From Candidatus Eiseniibacteriota bacterium (GTDB lineage: Bacteria; Eisenbacteria; RBG-16-71-46; CAVPCR01), in assembly GCA_963823555.1 (NCBI GenBank), contig CAWGMA010000001.1, positions 640,001 to 704,000 of the forward strand: a stretch of DNA of 64,000 nucleotides. The letters are read 5' to 3'. This document shows, piece by piece, positions 1-10,369 of the stretch (positions within the stretch are counted from its first letter, which is position 1; each line of letters begins with the position of its first letter). Below the pieces are notes generated by a model. It had not been told where the DNA came from, made no database searches, and saw only the letters and a program-made list of their open reading frames with translations. The position numbers and the translations under genes were made by a program.

Positions 1-1362
1 CCGCAACGACGTCGCTCCAAGCCTGGTGCGCCCAGTGGAGAGGCCACCTCCCGCCCCGGCCTTCGTGCGCCGCTCGCCGACCGGATGCGACCGCGGTCAT
101 TCGATGAGATGGTCGGGCAGGAACACCTCGTCGCCCCCGGTCGTCCTTTGCGCCAGACCGTGGAGTCCGGGGTCGTGCCCTCGCTCATCTTGTGGGGCCC
201 TCCAGGCAGCGGCAAGACCACGCTGGCGAACGTGATCGCCGCCACAGCCCATTTCCGCTACGTCTCCTATTCGGCGGTGATGTCGGGAGTGGCCGAGATT
301 CGCGCGGTGGTTGCCTCAGCGCGTGATGCCGTGCGCGGCGGCGCAGGACCGGGAGCCCGAGGGACCTTGCTCTTCGTCGATGAGATCCACCGCTTCAACA
401 AGGCGCAGCAGGATGCCTTCCTGCCCCACGTCGAGTCGGGGCTGATCACCCTCATCGGTGCCACGACCGAGAACCCCTCCTTCGAGGTCAACTCGGCCCT
501 CCTGTCGCGGGTCCAGGTGGCCGTACTCGAGCGTCTGGGGGCTCCCAGCATCGAGGCCTTGCTCCAGCGTGCGCTAGCCGATCCTGAGCGGGGCCTCGGC
601 GATCGAAACCTCGAGTTGGCCGACGGCGCTCTGGAGGCCATGGCCGCGCTCGCCGACGGCGATGCCCGGGCGGGTCTCAATCTGCTCGAGGCATGTGCCG
701 CCGTGGCCGAGCGGCGAGGGCAACCACCCCGCATCGATGCCGCGCTGGCCGAGGAAGTGCTGGCGCGCAAGGTTCTCCGCCATGATCGCGCCGGGGATCT
801 TCACTACGAACTGATCTCGGCACTCATCAAGAGCGTGCGCGGTTCGGACGCCGATGCTGGACTGTACTGGCTGGCCCGCCTGCTCGAAGCGGGCGAGGAC
901 CCGCTGTTCGTCGCCCGGCGGCTCGTCATTTTGGCCGCCGAGGACATCGGCAATGCCGATCCGGCCGCTCTCACCATTGCTGTTTCGGCTTTCCATGGCG
1001 TGCACGCCATCGGAATGCCCGAGGCACGCCTTCTGCTCGCCCAGGCCACGACTTATCTGGCCACCGCACCCAAGTCGAATGCTTCCTATGTCGGGTATGA
1101 AGCGGCCCGCGCCGATGCCATCGATCACGGTGGTCTGCCGGTGCCGCTCCATCTGCGCAACGCACCGACCCCCCTCATGAAGGAGCTCGGTCATGGGCGC
1201 GGTTATCGCTACCCGCACGCTGAGCCGGACAGCGATCAGGCTTATCTGCCGGCCGAGCTCGAGGAGCGGCGCTACTACGAGCCGCGCGAATCGGGCTTCG
1301 AGGCCGAACTCCGGAATCGGGTCGAAGCGAGGCGGCGGTCGCGCCGCGGTCGCCGCCCATGA
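1..1362 (+). CDS. rarA: Replication-associated recombination protein A (RarA/MgsA AAA+ ATPase), 5' end outside window
   Basis: Frame open from base 1 and reads APLADRMRP; Walker A GPPGSGKTT, FVDEIHRFNKAQQD, GATTENPSF, KSVRGSD, C-terminal VPLHLRNAPT...GYRYPH. Confidence 0.95.
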   Translation, partial: PQRRRSKPGAPSGEATSRPGLRAPLADRMRPRSFDEMVGQEHLVAPGRPLRQTVESGVVPSLILWGPPGSGKTTLANVIAATAHFRYVSYSAVMSGVAEIRAVVASARDAVRGGAGPGARGTLLFVDEIHRFNKAQQDAFLPHVESGLITLIGATTENPSFEVNSALLSRVQVAVLERLGAPSIEALLQRALADPERGLGDRNLELADGALEAMAALADGDARAGLNLLEACAAVAERRGQPPRIDAALAEEVLARKVLRHDRAGDLHYELISALIKSVRGSDADAGLYWLARLLEAGEDPLFVARRLVILAAEDIGNADPAALTIAVSAFHGVHAIGMPEARLLLAQATTYLATAPKSNASYVGYEAARADAIDHGGLPVPLHLRNAPTPLMKELGHGRGYRYPHAEPDSDQAYLPAELEERRYYEPRESGFEAELRNRVEARRRSRRGRRP

Positions 1363-1369
1363 TGGGCGG

Positions 1370-3535
1370 CTATTGCGGTTGCTTGAACAGGTCCGGGGGC
1401 AGCTCGGGGTTGATCTCGATCGCGCGCAGTTGCGACTCGCTGGAGTACTCCCCATCCATGTAGGTAGCGCTGATGAACGGTACGAAGACTCCCTCTACGG
1501 GCCGGTAGTCCGTGAAGAGCTCCTCGATGTTCACCGTTCCGTTGTCGATGAGTCGTGATGTGACCCGCTTGACGACTTGACGTGACTGGGGGTGCAAGTA
1601 ATAGCGAGCCCAGTAGCCGTCGGGCGATGTGATCTGGAACCCATCCAGGGTGGTCCCGGCGACGGCCTGAGGATCGACGAGAAAGATGTTCGCACCGGGC
1701 TGGCCATAGCGATGAAAGGCGCGGAAACCGTCGAGCCACATGCGCCCGACGAGATCCTGGCGCCGCCACTCGGGCAAGTCCGTGTTCTTTCCCATCTGCT
1801 GGCGCCAGGCTCGAGTCCCGTTCAGTGTTTGCACCAGCCCCTCACCCTGTAGCGGCCCCACTCGGAGCTGCTCGCGCATTTGATCGGGAAACTTGACGGA
1901 GAGCCGACGCTCACCGGCAATGATCTGTCCTCCGGGCCGCACGAAGAGCGTTTCCACCTCGGCATAGCTCTCGACTCGTTCGATCGCCTCGAAGCCGCCC
2001 TTGGCTTCGATGGCGGCCACCAGGAGCTCCTCGCCTTGAGCCGTGGCGGCGGCGCTCGGCTGCTTGAGGAGCGGGTCGGGCTCCTTGGTCAGCAGGCGGC
2101 CGGTGATGACGGTGAAGACATCGGCATCGTGGCCCTCGATTCCCGCCGCGGCCAGGTCCGCGGCGAGGGCGCTGTTGCGGCCGTGGGCGATCCACACGCG
2201 CCGTTCCGCGGCGAGGAGTTCGCGCCAGTGCGCATTGACCTGTTGGCGATCAAGCGCCGCGAGCGCCGCGCCCGGGTCCTCGATCGCGGCCAGGGGCTGC
2301 CCGGCGAAGGTGAGCCCCGGGGCTTCGAACATGCGTGCCTCGGGCGTCTCGTAGCGCAGGGCCAGGGCGGCTGACCGCGCGCTCACGGTGCCGGTGAAGG
2401 CTTCCTCGGATAGACCCGAGGTCGCCAGATCATCCAGAGCGCCGTCGATCTCCTGAATCGTGCGGGCCACGAGGTCGTGAGGGATGGCGACCTCTATCGT
2501 GAGCTCGCTCCCGCGGGCGCTGGCGCGCAGCTGGGTGCGGTACCGATATCCCATGGGATGGGTTGCCGCCAGGGCAGCAATCAGGTCTTCGAATCGAGAG
2601 CTTCCGATCACCTGATGGAGGAGCTGGATCTCGAGGAAGTCAGGATCCTCGCGCCCCGGGCCGGTGAAACCGCAGAGGATGAGAGCCGAGAGCGCATCGG
2701 GATCGTCGATCACGGTCACACCGGGCCGGGCGGGCCGGTCGGCCGCATGGCCCCAGACCGGCGAACCCAGATCGCCTGCAGGCCAGCTGCCGAACTGGCG
2801 CTCGGCCGCCGCCTGGACCGCCTCCGGTTCGATGGCTCCAGCGACGGTGAGGATGGCGTTGGCCGGCCGGTAGTAGTCGCGATGGAACGCCTCCACATCG
2901 CCCGGCATGATGCTGAGGATCGTGGGAAATCGCGCCGAGAAACCCAGGGGCCGCCGGTCGCCATAGAGGAGGGCGCCCATGGCCTCTCGCGATACCAGGT
3001 CCGCAGAGCTGCGCGTTTGCAGGAGCTTGAGCAGCGCTTCCCGCTTGAGCGCGGGGGTGGCCAGGAACGGGTCATCCTCGGCGGGGATCGCCGCCCGCAA
3101 CACCGCGAGGAGCGGGTCGAGATCCTCGGGCAGGGCGCTGGTCGCGAAGACGGCATGGTCGGTGGTGACGTCCGTGCTCCAGTCGGGGGCCATGTAGGTC
3201 TTTCCCACCTCACCCCGGGTCAGGGCCTGGCGCACGCGCAGATGATCGAGAGTGGCGGCCAGGTCCGCGAGCCCTTCCTTGCCCCTCGGGTTGTGCACCC
3301 ACCCAGCAGCAATCCACAGGCCGGCGGTGATCTTGGACGCCGCCTCGTCCTTGAGCACGAGGATGCGAAGGCCGTTCTGGAGCTGATGCTGCACGATCGA
3401 TGGCCCGGCGGTGGTGGCGGTCTGACCGCGCGCGGCAGCCGGGATCAGGGCCGCGATGAGAACGAGAACGGCAAGGCCCCCAGAGATCGTCGCAGCGACG
3501 AGGCGCGGCGCGAAGCGGTGCTTGAACATCGGCAT
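1370..3535 (-). CDS. Secreted M16 (insulinase) family protein, non-catalytic subunit with extra C-terminal domain
   Basis: Signal peptide; LQNGLRILV and FHRDYYRPANAILTVAG motifs; HxxEH position reads GLADLAATL; about 230-aa tail ending FTDYRPVEGVFVPF...IEINPEL. Start approximate. Confidence 0.8.
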   Translation of the reverse strand: MPMFKHRFAPRLVAATISGGLAVLVLIAALIPAAARGQTATTAGPSIVQHQLQNGLRILVLKDEAASKITAGLWIAAGWVHNPRGKEGLADLAATLDHLRVRQALTRGEVGKTYMAPDWSTDVTTDHAVFATSALPEDLDPLLAVLRAAIPAEDDPFLATPALKREALLKLLQTRSSADLVSREAMGALLYGDRRPLGFSARFPTILSIMPGDVEAFHRDYYRPANAILTVAGAIEPEAVQAAAERQFGSWPAGDLGSPVWGHAADRPARPGVTVIDDPDALSALILCGFTGPGREDPDFLEIQLLHQVIGSSRFEDLIAALAATHPMGYRYRTQLRASARGSELTIEVAIPHDLVARTIQEIDGALDDLATSGLSEEAFTGTVSARSAALALRYETPEARMFEAPGLTFAGQPLAAIEDPGAALAALDRQQVNAHWRELLAAERRVWIAHGRNSALAADLAAAGIEGHDADVFTVITGRLLTKEPDPLLKQPSAAATAQGEELLVAAIEAKGGFEAIERVESYAEVETLFVRPGGQIIAGERRLSVKFPDQMREQLRVGPLQGEGLVQTLNGTRAWRQQMGKNTDLPEWRRQDLVGRMWLDGFRAFHRYGQPGANIFLVDPQAVAGTTLDGFQITSPDGYWARYYLHPQSRQVVKRVTSRLIDNGTVNIEELFTDYRPVEGVFVPFISATYMDGEYSSESQLRAIEINPELPPDLFKQPQ

Positions 3536-3542
3536 CGGTTCC

Positions 3543-4880
3543 TCATTCGGGCTCGGCGCTCGTGCTCTCACCCGGAGCTGGGGCGAACACGAGGCTCACG
3601 GCGGCCTCTGGTTGCAGATAGGTGCGAGCAAAGCGAGTGCAGTCGTCCGATCCAAGGGCAACGAGATGTGCGCCAGGGACCGACTCGTCCCCGGGAGACT
3701 CGCTTTTCGCCATGTAGTCCTGCGCGGCGGCGGCGGCACGGGCGCTCACGGTCCCGGACAGGGTCGCATCCGCTAGCCGCAATTGTTCACGCGATGTAGC
3801 AATAAGCTGCTCATCGATGGCCTCCACCACGAGGGGAAGGGCGTTGATCAGTCGGTCGAGAGCCGTGTCGGGGTCGGCTCCGGGATCCAGGCGGGCAGCC
3901 ACGGTGAGCAGTCCGATGCTCTGATCGAGGGCGGCGCTCACCGCCACCGCCGGCGGTCCGCCATCCCGCACCGCTTCGCGGAGGATGGGGGCGGCGCCCT
4001 GATTGATCACGGCGTGGACGAGACGGGACAGCGTGGCGTCAGCTTCCCCGAGGCGGGGCACGCGGTATCCGGCGGCCACCGTGGGCGAACCGCGTCCCGG
4101 CACGAGGCTCCGGCGTTCCGCGGGCAGTGGAGGTAACGCCGGCAGTGGGGACCGCACCGCGCCTGTGGACGGTATCGGCCCGAAGTGATGCCGGGCCGCG
4201 GCCAGGATGGAATCCGCAACGACGCCGCCGGCGACCACCAGCATGGCCCGGTCGGGTCCGTAATGGCGCGAGTAGAAGGCGCGGCAGAGCTCGGGATCCG
4301 CGGGGTCCAGGTCGGTGGCCTTGGGCGCAAGAGCGAAGGGGTGATCGGGAAACGCGAGCGGGCGGAGCAGGTCCCCCAGGTCGCCGACAGTGAGCGGCTG
4401 CCGCCCCCGCGCCACCTGCTCCAGCCGGATGTCATCGAGTGCCTGGGCGACCGCAGCGCGATCGAGCTTCAAGCCGCGCATGCGGTCGGCTTCCAGGGCG
4501 ATGATGCGGTTGACATGGAGGAGCGAGATGTCGGTCTCGAATGCCGTCCAGTTCGACGTGGTCATGGACTGGCTCCGGCCTCCGAGCGCCGCCACGGCCT
4601 CGTCCCAGTCGGGCACGTCCTGCGTGCCGGAGAACATGAGATGCTCGAAGAGGTGAGCATAGCCGAACGTCCCAGGCTCTTCATCGCGCGATCCCGTGAG
4701 ATACCAGACCAGGACCGCCGCTACCTCCCGCCCAGGTTCAGGGAGGATGAGCACCTCGAGTCCGTTGTCGAGGCGCTCGCTCTCGAGAACCGGCACCGCC
4801 GCCGCGCCCTGCCGGCTAGAGAGCGTAGCCGTCATGACTGAAGCGGCGATGGCGAGCGCTATGAAGGCCGATCGTGACAT
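3543..4880 (-). CDS. Secreted M16 family zinc peptidase, catalytic subunit
   Basis: Signal peptide from MSRSAFIAL; LDNGLEVLI, GSRDE, GYAHLFEHLMFSGT (HxxEH), LEADRM. Confidence 0.88.
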   Translation of the reverse strand: MSRSAFIALAIAASVMTATLSSRQGAAAVPVLESERLDNGLEVLILPEPGREVAAVLVWYLTGSRDEEPGTFGYAHLFEHLMFSGTQDVPDWDEAVAALGGRSQSMTTSNWTAFETDISLLHVNRIIALEADRMRGLKLDRAAVAQALDDIRLEQVARGRQPLTVGDLGDLLRPLAFPDHPFALAPKATDLDPADPELCRAFYSRHYGPDRAMLVVAGGVVADSILAAARHHFGPIPSTGAVRSPLPALPPLPAERRSLVPGRGSPTVAAGYRVPRLGEADATLSRLVHAVINQGAAPILREAVRDGGPPAVAVSAALDQSIGLLTVAARLDPGADPDTALDRLINALPLVVEAIDEQLIATSREQLRLADATLSGTVSARAAAAAQDYMAKSESPGDESVPGAHLVALGSDDCTRFARTYLQPEAAVSLVFAPAPGESTSAEPE

Positions 4881-5032
4881 GTGGCTGTCTCGTGGGAGAC
4901 GGCGTGTGCAGCTTGATGGCGGTTTGCCCGCATGACAGTGACGAACGCGCGATGCTAGCAGGTCGTTGTGCCTGTCATCAACCGCTTTCCCCCCCCGCGC
5001 TCCCTCACGGCGTGGCTCCGGCACTTGCTGCC

Positions 5033-6858
5033 CTATCGGCTCAAGGTGAACTTGGTCGCGGTCGTCTCACCGGCGGCGACCAGGCGCACGAAGTAGATCC
5101 CGCGCGGGGCGAGACGTCCATCCGCAAGTCTCGCGTCCCAGCGCCAACGGTGAAGGCCGGCAGCGCGGGGTTCCCGGAGCAAACGCGCCACGCGACGACC
5201 CGTGGGATCGACCACATCGAGTTCGATGGCAGCGCTCCGGGGCAGGGCGAAGGACATGCGCACCGGATCCCCTGCGGTCGCCGGGGAGGGGGCGACAGTG
5301 ACCCTGAGAGCGGCGGGATCCACTCCCGGCGCCCCGTCACCGGTGTCGCCGTCGCTCGAACCGATCCCGATCACCGGGTCCTGCTCGCGGATGGCGTCGA
5401 CGTTGACATGACCATCCGTGGCGAGATCGGCGATCTCGATCTGGACGGCAGCCCCGGCCAGGCCATCCAGGTTCCAGGTGCGTTCGGTCAACTCGTCGCC
5501 ACCCGTGCCGGTCTCACGAAAGAGGAACTCCCCGTCGCTCAGCCGGCGCAAGGCCACGTAGAGGCTCTCTTCATCCGCTCCTCCACCCACCCAGAGCGTC
5601 ATGCGCTGCCCGGTCACAGGAAACACATGGGAGCGGATGATCCCAGTCATTGCTTCATCGGGCGGGCAGTCGTGGCATCCATCGGTGACCGGATCGCCAT
5701 ACCGCTCTGCGGTGTTGATCCAGAAATGGCCCTCGACGCCAGATGGGATTCCGGTGCGCGCCAGCGGCCGATCGCCGAATGTCGGCTGGTACATGAAGGC
5801 GGTGTCACCCGCGATCGGGATCCACTCCTGCCACAGACGGTTCGAAGCGCCGAGCCGTGGGCCGTTCCCGGTCGCGTAGAGAGTATCGATGAGAACGCTC
5901 CGGGTAAGAGTGCCATCAGGCTGGTAGAGGCCGCGCACGCGTGTCATCAGCGTCGCGCCGGGCACCGTCACGACCTCGGCAGCAAAGCCCTTGTCTTCGA
6001 AGACACTGGCTTGCGTCACATCCCATCCGGAGAGGAGGGAGCTCGAGCTCGCCAGCTGCACGCCGGTCACACCAGCCTCGGTGAACAGGAGGTAGTAGCG
6101 GTCATCCATCCCGAAGAGGAAAGGTGACTCGAGCACTCGCGGGCCGTCATTCATGACAAACGGCGCACCGGCATCCGTCCAGGTCATGCCGTCGGGCGAG
6201 AAGGCCAGCGCCAGGGCGCCCCGTTCACTACCCGCATAGGCCGGTTTCGCTGAAGCCGTGGCCAGGAGGAGCCATTGCGTGCCGAGGTCGAGGACAAAGG
6301 CATCGCGGCAGTTGGACCAGCGTCCCGGCGCCCATAACGCCCAGGTCGTGTCCGGGTGATAGGCCGCTGTCGCCACGCTCTCATCGGTCCACGTCATCAG
6401 ATCCGCGCTCGAGGCGATTCCGATCTGCTGCACCACGCTCGAGTCGATACCGGTGTAGTAGAGGCGGTAGCCGAGAGTTCCGACCTTCTCGACGTGAGGC
6501 GCCCAGAGATTTCGGTTCTTCCAGCTCGTTGGGTCGATGCCCAGGATGCGTGGCTCGAACGTCCAGTGCACGAGGTCGTGAGATGTGGCATGCCCGAAGT
6601 CGATCTCGTTCCCGGGTTGTCCCCAGCCTTCGCCCTCGTTGCCGACCGTGTAGTAGAGGTGATAGACGCCGTCGCGGAAGACGAGACTGTGATCCTTGAT
6701 GTAGGCGCCGGGCTCGAGGACAACGCGTTGCTCGAAATCGAAGTCGACGAGGGCATGAGCCGGAACCGCTAGCCCGAGGAGCATGGCCAGGGCGAGCGGG
6801 AGGATGGTCCCAACGGGTCCATGCACCAGGGCATGAGGCCGTCTGGCGCTGGCGGTCA
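5033..6858 (-). CDS. Secreted five-bladed beta-propeller glycoside hydrolase (GH32/GH43-like) with accessory beta-sandwich and C-terminal FlgD-Ig/T9SS-like domain
   Basis: IKDHSLV, YHLYY, HATSHDLVHW, WAPHV, CRDAFV, LESPF motifs; tail VVDPTGRRVARL...WRWDARLADGRLAPRGIYFVRL. Start uncertain. Confidence 0.75.
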
Positions 6859-7003
6859 TGAGGGAGGGCCGGGAGCGGCGCGGGGGTCCGGGATGCTTCA
6901 CGAGATGGATCGGGTCCAGTTGGGTGGGGGGGCGGCCCCGGAGGCGGGCACGATGTCAGCAGGGTAGCAGAACCGGCGGTCGGTGGCCAATGAGTCCTAT
7001 AAG

Positions 7004-7023
7004 ATATTACTATATAGCAATAT
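7004..7023. promoter_or_regulatory. AT-rich 20-bp near-perfect palindrome, candidate operator (possible LexA box)
   Basis: ATATTACTAT|ATAGCAATAT with one mismatched pair, in the divergent intergenic region upstream of the dnaE-like/lexA genes. Confidence 0.45.
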
Positions 7024-7093
7024 ATGACTTTCAAGGCCCTGGCTGGAGGCCCCCATCCCGGGTGACGATCACCCCTTCTCAGCTCAATTCGTC

Positions 7094-7123
7094 TTGACAG
7101 GCTACCCGCCTGTGTAGCAAACT
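7094..7123 (+). promoter_or_regulatory. Sigma70-type promoter for dnaE-like/lexA
   Basis: TTGACA (7094-7099), 18-bp spacer, weak -10 CAAACT; ATG at 7133 without an obvious SD. Confidence 0.5.
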
Positions 7124-7132
7124 GTCGTCGAG

Positions 7133-10100
7133 ATGAGCATCCTACTCGATGTGCAGTCCGAGTTCAGCCTGCCCGAAGGAGGCGCCGCGGTCGAGGCGCT
7201 GGTCCGGCGTGCGGCCGCACTCGGGATCCGCGGTCTGGCCCTTGCCGACCGCGGCACCCTGGTGGCGGCTCCGGTCTTCGTGCGTGCCGCCCGCGCCGCG
7301 GGGATCGAGCCTCGGGTCGGCGTACGCTGCCGGGTGCAGGGAACATCGGGGCTCGATGTGCTGATCTTTCCCCGAGACGCCCGAGCCTGGCCCGTGCTCG
7401 CCGAGTTCGCCCGCCGGGGCGAGGTCGCCCCGCAGGAGCTGTCGACCATTGGCGGCGAGGCGGTTTCAGAGCAGCGCCTCCGGGTCCTTGCCGTGCTGCA
7501 CCCCGCCGCCGATCACGGGAGTGATGCGGAGATTCCAGCGCCGGGCGCGGCCCGTATCTCCGATCGCGATGCGGTATCCCGGCTCGCCACGGCCTTGCGC
7601 GCGCTGCGTTCCGCAGTCGGATCATCAGGACTCGCCCTCGCGCTGCCCGATCTTCGCGATTCCGCTTTGCTGGTCGAGCTGGGCCGTGACCTCGCCCTCC
7701 GTTGCGTGCTTGCACCGCCGGTTCACATCGTGGAGGTCGAGGATGCGCTGCTTCACCGTCTGCTCGTGATGATCCGGGGGGACCACGAGAGTGGAGGGAG
7801 CACGCCACGGCCCGGCCGACCGGTCTTCGAGCCCGGAGCGCTTGGTACCGCGGCATCCATCCTCGGCCGGGAGCTCGCTCCAGATGCGGAGCGTTTCTTC
7901 GCCGAGCTGGCGGTGCCAGACGAGTTCGTCGAGCCCCCGCTGCCAGACCTGGTGGCGGATGCGGAGGCGATCGCGGCGCTTCGTCATCGCGTCCTGGCCA
8001 TGTGTGCGGCTCAACGCCGGTTGCCGCCCGAATCCGTGCTCACTGCGGAGCTCGAAGCGATCGCCCGCCGCGGGGCTCTGGTTCCTCTGGCGAAGCTGGC
8101 CGAAGCGCTGCGGGCGCTCGGCGATCGGGTGCACCTGGGTGTGGATCCGGGATGGTGCGAAAGCTGGGTGGGCTGGGCTCTGGGCCTGACCACGGCGCCA
8201 CCGCGCGTGGCTGCTGCTCCGCCGGGCTGGGTCGATGGCCATGGTCCGCTGCCGCCTGTCACCGTCGAGATGGGTGAAGCAGGTGCGCGTGCCCTGCTCG
8301 CCCTGCTCGAGATCGCCGGAGCGCAGGAGCCCCGGGTCGCGATCCGGCTCGGTCCCGGGGAGGCCGTGCGCTGGTTGGCCACGGAGCGCGGATACGATTC
8401 CTCCTCGTTACGGCGGATCGCGGCTCTGGTGGCCGGCCGATCGCCGGCCCGGGAGCGGGCGCCCGCAGGATCCCGGAGGCTCGTCGCCGTGGCTGCGCAG
8501 CTCGCCGGGCGCATCATCGATCTGGCCGGTGACGCCACCATTCGCGTCTGGTCGCCGCTCTCGATAGCTGGGCGGGAGATTGATCGACTCACCGCCGATG
8601 CGACCGCGGCCGGCGGGTTGGCAGTGGGCGTCCGCTCCACACCGACTCTCTCGCTCCTCGAGCGGGCGGCCGTGAGTGGTCGCCGGTTGGCCGCGGGCGG
8701 TGCCGAACCGGTTCCCTGGTCGGAGCTGGCGGACCTACTGGCCGGACCTCTGGCCGGACGCGGGGGGGCCGCTTTCGCCCACTTGCTCCGCCAACGTCAG
8801 CCGGCCACGGTCCCCGATCTGGCGCGCGCTCTCGCTCTCGCCCGCCGCGCCCCCGATGCGCCGGCCCCGCATGTGCCCCAGATGACCGGGAGGGAAGCGC
8901 CTGCGTCTCCCGCGCGCCCCGGCACGCGCCCGGAGATCCTCTTCCATTCCGATGCCTCGTCTGCGTTGCGGCGCGCGGGAGTGGGGGAAGAGACGGCCGG
9001 CGAGCTGCTGCGCCGCGCGGCTGAAGGACGCGGTGGTCCGATGGCGGCGATGAGAGCCGATCTCGTCCGCGATCTCGAAGCGGCTGGCGGGTCCGGAGAA
9101 CGAGCCGAGGCGATCCTCGGCGCTCTTGTGCGCATCGTCCCGCATCTCGAGAGCGAGGGGCCGTGGCTCGCCCGGGCGCAGGCCCTTTCGCTGCTCGCCG
9201 ATCTTGCCGCACGCTCGCCGGAGGTCCTGGCACCGGCCATGGCGGATCTCCTTCCCGATCGACTGCCGTCCATCACAACCTGGGCCAAGCCGCTCAAGAT
9301 CGGCTTTCTCCGCCCTGATCTGAACTCGAGCGCCGTTGATTCCCGGGCCAGTGGCGCCCACGGCGAGACGAGGCTCATCCGGCTGGGGCTCCTTCACCTG
9401 CCGGGCGTGGACCGTGCCACCGCCGAGGTCCTGGCGGGCCTGCGCGCCGAGGCCCCGTTCTCCGATCGTGAGGATGTCGTGCGCCGGCTTCGCCACCGGA
9501 TCCCGGAGCAGCGGCTGCGCGCACTGCTCGGGAATGCCGCTCGTGGGGAGATGATCGCGGGGCAGGAAGCCGGATCGAGACCCAGCATGGCGTTGCGAGC
9601 GCAGCGCGAGCGCGTATCCGCACGCCGTTCCATCCATCCCCCGCGCCGCGGTCACGCCACCGTCGAACCCCTGGGAGATGCCATGCAGTTCGAGCTCTTT
9701 TCCGGACCCGCGGAGCGCCAGCGCATCTACACACCGACCCTGGCGCGCCACGGCATTCTGCGACTCGATCGGGTGGTGGCCACAGCGGAGGGAAGCCGTG
9801 TGCGGACCGTGGGTGTGATCCGCAGTCTGAGTGGCCTCGTGACCCGGGCTGGAAGGCGACTGGCTCGCGGGAGCCTGGAGGATGGTGGCGGCGCTGTCGA
9901 TCTCTTGCTCCTGCCCACGCTCTTCGACACCGCCGAGGATGTTCCGCTCGGCCGGCCGGTCGTGGTGGCGGGCCGCGTGAGCTTGCGCGAGGGCCGAGTC
10001 GAGCTCGTCGTCGAGAGCGCCATTCCACTCGAGCTCCTGGCTCAGGTGGAACAACCGCCGCTCGAGATTCTCTTGCCGCAAGGGTTTCGCCGCCTGCGCG

Positions 10101-10345
10101 CCCTCAAGCTGCGCTTGCTGAAGAGCCCGGGGCGATCGCCAGTGCACGTGCGCGCGCGATCCGGTGAACGAGCCCAGGTGGCAGCTCTTGGCCTGGGCCG
10201 CCTCGGAGTGACGGTGGATGATGGTCTGCTCGAGGACCTGAGGGTCCTTGTCGGCTCGGAGAGCGTGCGGCTCGTTGGCCCCGCTGGCGAGCGGGCAGCA
10301 CCGATGACAGAGACGGATCTACGCACCGCGGCTGGTGCGGCCTGA
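7133..10345 (+). CDS. DNA polymerase III alpha (DnaE)-like protein, predicted catalytically inactive
   Basis: Colinear with the dnaE in this window: PHP (SEFSLPEG...ALADRG...GIEPRVG), WVGWALGLT, PDLNSS, IRLGLLHLPGV (HhH), OB fold and CTD; PDIDIDF replaced by PPVTVEM. Confidence 0.85.
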   Translation: MSILLDVQSEFSLPEGGAAVEALVRRAAALGIRGLALADRGTLVAAPVFVRAARAAGIEPRVGVRCRVQGTSGLDVLIFPRDARAWPVLAEFARRGEVAPQELSTIGGEAVSEQRLRVLAVLHPAADHGSDAEIPAPGAARISDRDAVSRLATALRALRSAVGSSGLALALPDLRDSALLVELGRDLALRCVLAPPVHIVEVEDALLHRLLVMIRGDHESGGSTPRPGRPVFEPGALGTAASILGRELAPDAERFFAELAVPDEFVEPPLPDLVADAEAIAALRHRVLAMCAAQRRLPPESVLTAELEAIARRGALVPLAKLAEALRALGDRVHLGVDPGWCESWVGWALGLTTAPPRVAAAPPGWVDGHGPLPPVTVEMGEAGARALLALLEIAGAQEPRVAIRLGPGEAVRWLATERGYDSSSLRRIAALVAGRSPARERAPAGSRRLVAVAAQLAGRIIDLAGDATIRVWSPLSIAGREIDRLTADATAAGGLAVGVRSTPTLSLLERAAVSGRRLAAGGAEPVPWSELADLLAGPLAGRGGAAFAHLLRQRQPATVPDLARALALARRAPDAPAPHVPQMTGREAPASPARPGTRPEILFHSDASSALRRAGVGEETAGELLRRAAEGRGGPMAAMRADLVRDLEAAGGSGERAEAILGALVRIVPHLESEGPWLARAQALSLLADLAARSPEVLAPAMADLLPDRLPSITTWAKPLKIGFLRPDLNSSAVDSRASGAHGETRLIRLGLLHLPGVDRATAEVLAGLRAEAPFSDREDVVRRLRHRIPEQRLRALLGNAARGEMIAGQEAGSRPSMALRAQRERVSARRSIHPPRRGHATVEPLGDAMQFELFSGPAERQRIYTPTLARHGILRLDRVVATAEGSRVRTVGVIRSLSGLVTRAGRRLARGSLEDGGGAVDLLLLPTLFDTAEDVPLGRPVVVAGRVSLREGRVELVVESAIPLELLAQVEQPPLEILLPQGFRRLRALKLRLLKSPGRSPVHVRARSGERAQVAALGLGRLGVTVDDGLLEDLRVLVGSESVRLVGPAGERAAPMTETDLRTAAGAA

Positions 10346-10369
10346 TCAGCCTGACCGGATGGAGGAATC

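Noticed and set aside
7133..10345. Annotation as error-prone polymerase DnaE2 of an imuABC cassette
   Set aside because: Catalytic aspartates are missing, a DnaE1-type C-terminal domain is present, and no imuA/imuB is adjacent
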